From Parcubacteria group bacterium LiPW_30 (GTDB lineage: Bacteria > Patescibacteriota > Minisyncoccia > Phycocordibacterales > VMEP01), in contig VMEP01000001.1 in NCBI GenBank assembly GCA_007375595.1, positions 255,883 through 319,882 on the forward strand: a stretch of 64,000 nucleotides of DNA, read 5' to 3'. The notes beneath the pieces were generated by a model, which worked only from the letters and a program-made list of their open reading frames with translations, had not been told where the DNA came from and ran no database searches. The first letter of the stretch is position 1. Each line of letters starts with the position of its first letter. Both the position numbers and the translations under genes were made by a program. Positions 8,591 to 15,924 of this stretch are shown here, piece after piece.

Positions 8591-8896
8591 ATGAAAATCA
8601 AAAAAGGAGACAATATAATAATCATTGCCGGTAAGGATCGCGGCAAAAAAGGAAAGGTTGTTAAGGCCATGCCTAAAGACGGTAAAGTTATCGTCGAAGG
8701 TTTAAATATGGTTAAACGCCACAAGAAGGCTCGCAAGGCGGGAACAAAAGGACAGACTGTTTCTGTTGCTATGCCAATCAACGTTTCAAACGTTATGATT
8801 ATTGATCCAAAGGATGGAACACAGACACGCGTTGGGAAGAAACTTTCTGGTGGAAGATTTGTTCGTATAGCAAAGAAGAGCGGAAGTGAAATATAA
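8591..8896 (+). CDS. rplX: 50S ribosomal protein L24
   Basis: IKKGD..IIAGKDRGKKG KOW motif, SNVM. Confidence 0.97.
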   Translation: MKIKKGDNIIIIAGKDRGKKGKVVKAMPKDGKVIVEGLNMVKRHKKARKAGTKGQTVSVAMPINVSNVMIIDPKDGTQTRVGKKLSGGRFVRIAKKSGSEI

Positions 8897-8900
8897 AAAC

Positions 8901-9449
8901 ATGAAAATAAAAACGACAAAAGAAAAAGAAATAGAAGCCTATAGCAAACTAAAGGAGGAATTTGGCTATAAGAATAAAATGGCTGCACCAAAACTTTCTA
9001 AAGTTGTTATTTCTGTTGGTGTCGGTAATCTTTTGAAAAAAGACAGAACTAAAGGGGATTTCGTAAACGGCAGACTCGGCAAGATAGCTGGACAGAAATC
9101 AGTTGCTCGTGGGGCAAAAAAGGCTATTGCAACCTTTAAATCTAGACAAGGCGACATTATCGGCTACATGGTTACACTTCGTGGAGCACGCATGTACTCT
9201 TTCCTTGAAAAACTTTTCAATGTTGCGCTTCCTCGCACTAAAGACTTTCGTGGTATAAACCGGACCGCTGTTGATGAAATGGGTAATCTTACGATTGGTA
9301 TTAAAGAGCACACAATTTTCCCAGAAACAGCCGATGAAGAACTAAAAGATGTTTTTGGAATGGCTATAACACTTGTTAGTACCGCAAAAAGCAAGAAGGA
9401 AGGAATGGCTTTTTACGAATTACTCGGAACTCCGTTTAAGAGAAAGTAG
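8901..9449 (+). CDS. rplE: 50S ribosomal protein L5
   Basis: PKLSKVVISVGVG, VTLRG, LPRTKDFRG, IFPE. Confidence 0.97.
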   Translation: MKIKTTKEKEIEAYSKLKEEFGYKNKMAAPKLSKVVISVGVGNLLKKDRTKGDFVNGRLGKIAGQKSVARGAKKAIATFKSRQGDIIGYMVTLRGARMYSFLEKLFNVALPRTKDFRGINRTAVDEMGNLTIGIKEHTIFPETADEELKDVFGMAITLVSTAKSKKEGMAFYELLGTPFKRK

Positions 9450-9466
9450 AATATTTTTACCTAAAA

Positions 9467-9504
9467 ACAAAAAACCCTCTCTGTTTACAGAGAGGGTTTT
9501 TTGT
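9467..9504 (+). terminator. Intrinsic terminator after rplE
   Basis: aaaaaaccctctctg-ttta-cagagagggtttttt. Confidence 0.9.
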
Positions 9505-9595
9505 TGACAGATAAAAGCTAAGGAGTAGTCTTTTAAATAGATGTATGTAGTACGGCGTTTCAATCAAAATCGTTTCTATACAAAAGAGGTGTGCC

Positions 9596-10048
9596 ATGGC
9601 AAAGAAGGTGGTGTCAGAAGGAGTGTTGGCGGCAAGGGCAAATGAGGCCGCCAGGAGAAAGTGCAGAAAGAGCCTGATCGCGTGGAGCGCTCACCCGATT
9701 TCGAAGGAGTCATTCCCCGATGACTTCGCGGATGGGTTTGATTTCGCCGACCGGGCTGGTTCAGGGGCTTTTGAAGCTTTCGCCGGTCGGCTTGAGACGA
9801 ATCTCGCCTCAGCGCCGTGTGCTCAGTGTTCAAAGGATTGTCCCGGTTCACACGGGGAATGTCTCCTCGATGTTGACCCTGGGGCACTTCAGGACCAGGA
9901 AGATCTCGCAGTCGAGGAGGCCGAAATGAGCCCCTTCGTGTTGGCTGCGAGGCGTGCTGGTTTCGACCATGATACCGCCTTGCGCATGGAGGCCGAAATG
10001 GAAATTGAGATGAGTCGTCTTTCTGGGGAAATGGACAGCATCCATTAG
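9596..10048 (+). CDS. Hypothetical acidic protein with a Cys cluster
   Basis: 150-aa ORF with GAGGTG SD and TTGACA upstream; CAQCSKDC..HGEC; GC-richer than flanks. Confidence 0.75.
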   Translation: MAKKVVSEGVLAARANEAARRKCRKSLIAWSAHPISKESFPDDFADGFDFADRAGSGAFEAFAGRLETNLASAPCAQCSKDCPGSHGECLLDVDPGALQDQEDLAVEEAEMSPFVLAARRAGFDHDTALRMEAEMEIEMSRLSGEMDSIH

Positions 10049-10148
10049 GCAGACCTCTGTCAAAATTGGTTGTTCGCTCTTCGGAGACGTTTACGCCCCG
10101 ACACGATGTTTGTGTTCGGGGCGTTTTCTATTGTTAGTTTGTGCCAGT

Positions 10149-10176
10149 TTGACATTAAAGGGCGTTTTGGTAGTAT
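10149..10176 (+). promoter_or_regulatory. sigma70 promoter for the S14-S8 unit
   Basis: TTGACA-N16-TAGTAT. Confidence 0.7.
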
Positions 10177-10353
10177 ATGCGGGAGCTCATTTGAGCCAGT
10201 TTTTTGGGAAACTATCCGTTCTGATCCGTTTTTCTCCTTTAGGGCTTCGGCATTAAAGAATAAAAACGAGACATCGAAAGGGAAAGTCCCGAATTTAAAT
10301 TATTCCGACGAACGATTAACGTGCTGTCGGAATAAAAAGAAAACTTTTTATTT

Positions 10354-10539
10354 ATGGCAAAAACATCAACTAGAGTTCGCGCGTTAAAGACGCCAAAATT
10401 CAGCACACGAAAAGTAAATCGTTGTTTTCGTTGTGGACGTAAGCGTGCTTTCATGCGTGATTTCGGTCTTTGTCGTATTTGTTTCCGTGAATTAGCCAAC
10501 GATGGAAAATTGCCTGGCATTAAGAAATCATCCTGGTAA
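10354..10539 (+). CDS. rpsZ: 30S ribosomal protein S14, Zn-binding short type
   Basis: RCFRCGR...[15 protein letters not shown]. Confidence 0.97.
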   Translation: MAKTSTRVRALKTPKFSTRKVNRCFRCGRKRAFMRDFGLCRICFRELANDGKLPGIKKSSW

Positions 10540-10547
10540 AAAATATT

Positions 10548-10943
10548 ATGACCACTGACCCTATTGCAGACATGTTAATTCGTATAAAGAATGGTAGTAA
10601 AGCCAAAAAGGAAACGGTGCTTATTCCTTATTCACAGTTACGGTTTTCTATCGCTCAAATCCTACTTCGTGAAGGATATCTTTCATCTGTTACAAAGAGA
10701 CTACGAAAGGCATCTCGATTACTTGAGGTTGGTTTGATTTATGATGGAAACGGAACACCAAAAGTCACAGACGTAGAGCGTGTTTCGAAATCATCAAAGC
10801 GTATTTATGCCGGCGTTCGTGATGTTCGTCCCGTTAAATACGGTTACGGTATTATGGTTCTTTCAACTCCAAAAGGTCTTTTGACTGGAGATGAGGCGCG
10901 AAAAGAACATGTCGGAGGAGAAGTAATGTTTAAAATCTGGTAA
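10548..10943 (+). CDS. rpsH: 30S ribosomal protein S8
   Basis: DPIADMLIRIKN, STPKG, GGEV. Confidence 0.98.
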   Translation: MTTDPIADMLIRIKNGSKAKKETVLIPYSQLRFSIAQILLREGYLSSVTKRLRKASRLLEVGLIYDGNGTPKVTDVERVSKSSKRIYAGVRDVRPVKYGYGIMVLSTPKGLLTGDEARKEHVGGEVMFKIW

Positions 10944-10947
10944 TTAT

Positions 10948-11481
10948 ATGAGCAGACTAGGAAAACAAATTATCGCAATTCCCGAAAAAACCACAATTAC
11001 AATGGAGGGTAATATTGTTACGGTTAAGGGACCGTTGGGAGAAATCTCGCGCGTTTTCCGTGATAGCGAAATTACAATAAACATTGCCGACACAGTTACT
11101 TTGGTTCCAAAAAGAAATGACGTTTTCTCCCGCGCTCTTTGGGGAACCTATGCATCGCACATAAAAAACATGCTTGCTGGCGTTAATAAGGCCTACGAAA
11201 AAAAGCTTATTCTTGAAGGAGTTGGTTTTAAATCAGAAGTTGTCGGGACATCACTTAATCTTGCTCTTGGTTTTTCACATCCAGTAAAAATGGCAATTCC
11301 AGAAGGTCTTACTGTTAAGGCGGAGAAAAACGTTATTACAATTTCTGGTATTGATAAGGAAAAGGTCGGACAGTTTGCTTCACAAGTTCGTAGTATGAAA
11401 AAACCAGAACCATATAAGGGTAAAGGATTCCGTTACGAAGGTGAAGTTATTCGCAGAAAACAAGGGAAGAAGTCCGCATAA
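10948..11481 (+). CDS. rplF: 50S ribosomal protein L6
   Basis: MSRLGK, LGFSHPV, PEPYKGKG. Confidence 0.98.
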   Translation: MSRLGKQIIAIPEKTTITMEGNIVTVKGPLGEISRVFRDSEITINIADTVTLVPKRNDVFSRALWGTYASHIKNMLAGVNKAYEKKLILEGVGFKSEVVGTSLNLALGFSHPVKMAIPEGLTVKAEKNVITISGIDKEKVGQFASQVRSMKKPEPYKGKGFRYEGEVIRRKQGKKSA

Positions 11482-11490
11482 TATAAATAT

Positions 11491-11841
11491 ATGAAAACAG
11501 GTAATTCAAAAACTGAACTTCGAGCAAGGCGACACAAAAAGATTCGCTCACAGGTTTCTGGAACAGCAGAGCGCCCTCGTCTTGCTGTGTATAAATCAAA
11601 CCGTTATCTTTATGCGCAAGTAATAGACGATGTTCTAGGCAAGACACTTGCTCAAGCATCAGACATGACCCTTAAAGGAAAAACAAAGACCGACAAAGCA
11701 AAACAGGTTGGTGTTGAAATTGCGAAGAATGCACTTTCAAAAAAAATCAGCAAGGTCGTTTTTGATCGAGGTGGTTTTAATTATACGGGGCGAATTAAAG
11801 CATTGGCCGAAGCAGCCCGTGAAGGTGGCCTTCAATTTTAA
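11491..11841 (+). CDS. rplR: 50S ribosomal protein L18
   Basis: [22 protein letters not shown]. Confidence 0.98.
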   Translation: MKTGNSKTELRARRHKKIRSQVSGTAERPRLAVYKSNRYLYAQVIDDVLGKTLAQASDMTLKGKTKTDKAKQVGVEIAKNALSKKISKVVFDRGGFNYTGRIKALAEAAREGGLQF

Positions 11842-11852
11842 TTTTTAAATAT

Positions 11853-12518
11853 ATGACGAAAGAAGAAATAATAAAAGAAGAAATTGTAAACGCTGATGTT
11901 CCAGCTGTTTCTTCTCCTGTCACAGAGATAGCTATTCCTGTGGAAGCTCAAAAGCCAAAGAATGATTTTTCTCCGCGCCGAGACGCCGGAAAGAAAAAAG
12001 GTGGTGGTTCACGCCCTTTTAGAAAAGGGTTTGAAAGAGTTAAACCTGAATTTGATCACAAGATAATAAATATTCGTCGTGTTGCCCGCGTTGTTGCCGG
12101 GGGACGTCGCTTTAGTTTTAGTGTTGTGTTGGTCGCAGGCGACCGAAAGGGAACTGTTGGAGTTGGAATGGGTAAGGCCGGAGACACAGCGCTTGCAATA
12201 GAAAAGGCAATGCGTTCGGCTAAGAAAAACATGTTCAAAGTTTCTTTGAATAAGAAAATGTCTATTCCTCACGACGTGGAAGCAAAATACTCAAGCGGAA
12301 CAGTGATGTTAATGCCCAACAAATCACGCGGACTTATCGCGGGTAGTGCGGTTCGTATTGTTGCTGATTTAGCTGGAGTGAAAGACATTACTGGAAAAGT
12401 TTTTTCTGGAAGTAAGAACTCTCTTAACATCGCAATGGCAACAGTTAAAGCATTAAAGATGTTGAAGCCGGCTAAGGTTAATGCCGTGGTCGCAACAGAA
12501 GATAAGGTTAGTAAATAA
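11853..12518 (+). CDS. rpsE: 30S ribosomal protein S5 with long N-terminal extension
   Basis: RRVARVVAGGRRFSFS, GLIAGSAVR. Confidence 0.97.
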   Translation: MTKEEIIKEEIVNADVPAVSSPVTEIAIPVEAQKPKNDFSPRRDAGKKKGGGSRPFRKGFERVKPEFDHKIINIRRVARVVAGGRRFSFSVVLVAGDRKGTVGVGMGKAGDTALAIEKAMRSAKKNMFKVSLNKKMSIPHDVEAKYSSGTVMLMPNKSRGLIAGSAVRIVADLAGVKDITGKVFSGSKNSLNIAMATVKALKMLKPAKVNAVVATEDKVSK

Positions 12519-12523
12519 ATACC

Positions 12524-12973
12524 ATGCAAACTCATAACGTAAAAAGGAATACTAAAAATAGAAAAAACCCAGCTGTTGGGCGTGGTGGAAAGCGTGGTAA
12601 AACTTCTGGTCGTGGTACCAAAGGACAGAAAGCTCGCGCTGGTAACAAGAGACGCCCACAAATGCGCGATACCATCAAGAAGTTACCAAAACGCCGTGGT
12701 CATGGTATGAACCGTGCTCGCACAGTTAACTCAAGTATTGTTACTACTGCTGTTGTAAATATTGATCTTCTTGAAAAAGTATTTCCAGCTGGTTCTGTTA
12801 TAACACCAGAAGTTCTCGCAGAAAATAAACTAATCAGAAAGGTTTCTGGTAAATTCCCTCCAATCAAGATTTTGGCTAGAGGAACACTCAATAAAAATTT
12901 TACCTTCAAAGGATGTTCAATGTCTGTGAAGGCGAAAGAAATAGTTGAGTCGGTTGGTGGAAAGGTTGAATAA
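12524..12973 (+). CDS. rplO: 50S ribosomal protein L15
   Basis: GRGGKRGKTSGRGTKGQKARAG; no rpmD before it. Confidence 0.97.
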   Translation: MQTHNVKRNTKNRKNPAVGRGGKRGKTSGRGTKGQKARAGNKRRPQMRDTIKKLPKRRGHGMNRARTVNSSIVTTAVVNIDLLEKVFPAGSVITPEVLAENKLIRKVSGKFPPIKILARGTLNKNFTFKGCSMSVKAKEIVESVGGKVE

Positions 12974-12983
12974 TAAAAATTTT

Positions 12984-14255
12984 ATGGACGCATTTATAAA
13001 CAAGCTCAAAATCATAATCGGCGACAGAGCTCTTTTAAAGCGCATCCTTTTTGTTATTTTCATGCTTTTTGTTTTCCGTGCTTTAGCGGCTATTCCAATC
13101 CCAGGTGTTGACCCACTTCGCTTGTCTCAGTTTTTGAGTGGCAATCAATTTTTAGGTTTACTTAACATCTTTTCTGGCGGTGGTTTGGCGACCTTGTCGA
13201 TAGTGATGCTTGGAGTTGGACCTTACATCACAGCCTCTATTATCATGCAGCTTTTGACGATAATGGTACCTAGTTTAAAACAGATGTACCACGAAGAGGG
13301 GGATTTGGGTCGTAGAAAATTTACCCAGTATTCACGCCTCATTACATTACCACTCGCTCTTATTCAGGGATTTAGTTTGCTTGTTTTGCTTGAGCGACAA
13401 GGAATCATTGAACACCTCACTCTTTTTAGTAAAGTAACAAATCTTATTGTTATTACAGGTGGTACCGTTTTGTTGATGTGGCTCGGAGAATTGATTTCAC
13501 AATATGGAATTGGCAATGGAGTTTCCCTTATTATTTTTGCCGGCATTGTCTCGAGCCTTCCTTCGAGCGTTGGGCAGTTGCTATTCACGTTTGATGTTTC
13601 TCAGATTCCACTATATCTAGCCTTTTTGGTTGCTGGCTTATTGATTGTTGCCGGCGTTGTCTTTGTTACAGAAGCCGAACGACCGTTGCCGGTGACATAC
13701 GCTAAGCGTGTTCGTGGAAGTAAGATGTTTGGTGGGGTTTCAACTTATCTACCATTACGTATTAATCAGGCTGGTGTTATTCCAATAATTTTTGCCCTCT
13801 CAATCCTTCTCTTTCCTCAAATGATTGGCGCCTTTTTGGCAACATTTAGTAATAGTATATTGCAGACTATTTCTTCATTCCTTATTTCTTTCTCTCAAAA
13901 TACTTGGGTTTATGGGATTTTCTATTTCGTTCTTGTTTTCTTATTTACTTATTTTTACACCGCGGTTACTTTTGACCCAGATTCAATCGCAACTAATCTA
14001 CAGAAAAATGGAGCATTTATTCCAGGTGTTCGCCCAGGGCAATCAACCTCTGAATATATCGCTAAGATTTTAAATCGTATTACTCTCTTTGGCGCATTAT
14101 TCCTTGGCGCTATCGCCGTTTTGCCTCTAATAATGCAAGGGTTAACTGGTATTGCAACGCTTGCAATCGGGGGAACAGCTTTGCTTATCGTTGTTTCAGT
14201 TGTTCTTGATCTCGTTAAAAAGGTTGACGCTCAGGTTTCAATGAGGGAATACTAG
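12984..14255 (+). CDS. secY: Preprotein translocase SecY
   Basis: LGVGPYITASIIMQLL, GIGNGVSLIIFAGI, IPGVRPG. Confidence 0.98.
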   Translation: MDAFINKLKIIIGDRALLKRILFVIFMLFVFRALAAIPIPGVDPLRLSQFLSGNQFLGLLNIFSGGGLATLSIVMLGVGPYITASIIMQLLTIMVPSLKQMYHEEGDLGRRKFTQYSRLITLPLALIQGFSLLVLLERQGIIEHLTLFSKVTNLIVITGGTVLLMWLGELISQYGIGNGVSLIIFAGIVSSLPSSVGQLLFTFDVSQIPLYLAFLVAGLLIVAGVVFVTEAERPLPVTYAKRVRGSKMFGGVSTYLPLRINQAGVIPIIFALSILLFPQMIGAFLATFSNSILQTISSFLISFSQNTWVYGIFYFVLVFLFTYFYTAVTFDPDSIATNLQKNGAFIPGVRPGQSTSEYIAKILNRITLFGALFLGAIAVLPLIMQGLTGIATLAIGGTALLIVVSVVLDLVKKVDAQVSMREY

Positions 14256-14266
14256 GAAGAAGTCAT

Positions 14267-14405
14267 TAGCTTTCAGGTATCAGCTTCGTTAGAAAAGTTC
14301 TTAACTCGATGATTTTTCTAATAAGCTAAAAACTAACGCAGCTATCCCGCCGTTCAATTGTTTGATAGGATTTTAAGAAGCTAACAACTAACAGACTAAA
14401 AGCCA
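14267..14405. repeat. Periodic AGCT-type repeat
   Basis: tagctttcaggtatcagcttc...aagctaaaaacta...aagctaacaactaacagactaaaagcc. Confidence 0.6.
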
Positions 14406-14411
14406 ATTAAC

Positions 14412-15011
14412 ATGGATTTACAAACTTTTATTTTTATCGGACGCTCTGGGTGTGGCAAAGGAACACAGGCTGAATTGTTAAAAAAATACGTAGAAGAACA
14501 TGATACTGAAAAGAGATCGATTTATTACCTTGAAACCGGTGAGCGCTTCAGAAATTTTCTCTCCAAGGATGGTTATTCTAATAAACTAGCGCGTGAAATA
14601 GCAGAGAATTCAGAACTTCAGCCTTCGTTTTTAGCTGTTTCCATGTGGTCAAGTAGTTTTATAGAAAATTTAAACGGAGAAGAGCATGTTTTTATTGATG
14701 GCACTCCAAGAACGTTACCAGAGACATATATATTAGAGACTGCTTTAAACTTCTATAAAAGAGGACGAGCAAAAGTTATTTATATAAATGTTTCTCGAGA
14801 GGAATCAGAAAAAAGATTGCTCGCTCGTGGTAGGAAAGACGATAAGAAAATTGGAGATATAGAAAAAAGATTAAATTGGTTTGATAATGACGTCGTTCCG
14901 GCGGTTATGTATTTAAGTCAAAGTAAGAATCATGATTTTTACGATATAGATGGAGAGCAGTCTATTGAAGATGTGCACAAAGAGCTTATTTCTAAGGTAT
15001 TTTCTGGTTAA
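14412..15011 (+). CDS. adk: Adenylate kinase, short-LID type
   Basis: GRSGCGKGTQA, DGTPRT, RGRKDD; position after secY. Confidence 0.9.
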   Translation: MDLQTFIFIGRSGCGKGTQAELLKKYVEEHDTEKRSIYYLETGERFRNFLSKDGYSNKLAREIAENSELQPSFLAVSMWSSSFIENLNGEEHVFIDGTPRTLPETYILETALNFYKRGRAKVIYINVSREESEKRLLARGRKDDKKIGDIEKRLNWFDNDVVPAVMYLSQSKNHDFYDIDGEQSIEDVHKELISKVFSG

Positions 15012-15016
15012 CTAAA

Positions 15017-15066
15017 TTTATTTCCTACAATTATAACGCTATAGCGTTATAATTGTAGGAAATAAA
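15017..15066. repeat. 50-bp perfect loop-less palindrome centred on GCTATAGC
   Basis: TTTATTTCCTACAATTATAACGCTA|TAGCGTTATAATTGTAGGAAATAAA. Confidence 0.95.
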
Positions 15067-15079
15067 AAAAACAAAAACA

Positions 15080-15850
15080 ATGGCAACAATACTAACAACT
15101 GAAGAAGAATATGAGATTGTCCGCGAAGGGGGGAAGCGTCTTGGCTTGATACTTCAGGTTTTGGCATCTTCTGCAAAACCAGGTGTTACGACAATGGAAC
15201 TTGACCAAATTGCACACAAATTAATTACCAAAGAAGGTGATAAACCAGCTTTTCTTGGTTATACCCCCGATGGGTCCGATAGACCATACCCAGCGACTCT
15301 CTGTATTTCTGTAAATAGCGAAGTGGTACACGGAATTCCCAAAGATAGAGTTTTAAGAGATGGAGACATTGTTGGTCTTGATTTAGGTCTTTCACACAGA
15401 GGTCTTTATGTTGATAGCGCTATAACGGTTCCAGTTGGAGAGATAGACGATGTTGCAAAAAGACTTATCGAAACCACAAGAGAGGCGCTTTCTCGTGGAA
15501 TGAATGTTGTTAAAGTAGGGGCAAGGATTGGAGATATTGGCGAAGCGATTGAAAGATATGTTAAGACAGAAGGTTTTGCTATCGTTAAAATTTTAGGAGG
15601 GCACGCTCTTGGCGTACACCCACACGAAGAGCCATACATACCAAATTATGGTAAACGCGGCACTGGGCCAATTCTTAAAGAAGGAATGCTTATTGCGCTT
15701 GAACCAATCGTTAATGAAGGATCTCCGAAAGTAACCCTAGATGAAAAAGATGGATATACCTTCCATACAGAAGATGGCAAACGCTCCGCACACTTTGAAC
15801 ATACTCTACTCATAACAAAAGATGGCGCAGAAATAATAACTCTCGTTTAA
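15080..15850 (+). CDS. map: Methionine aminopeptidase type I
   Basis: CISVNSEVVHGIP, GH..G..PHEEP, SAHFEHT. Confidence 0.97.
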   Translation: MATILTTEEEYEIVREGGKRLGLILQVLASSAKPGVTTMELDQIAHKLITKEGDKPAFLGYTPDGSDRPYPATLCISVNSEVVHGIPKDRVLRDGDIVGLDLGLSHRGLYVDSAITVPVGEIDDVAKRLIETTREALSRGMNVVKVGARIGDIGEAIERYVKTEGFAIVKILGGHALGVHPHEEPYIPNYGKRGTGPILKEGMLIALEPIVNEGSPKVTLDEKDGYTFHTEDGKRSAHFEHTLLITKDGAEIITLV

Positions 15851-15924
15851 GGGCGAGGTTTCCTTGTTTAAAATTTTTTCTAATATCTTCCAACTTTCTC
15901 GTATCCGCGGTATCATAAAACTTA

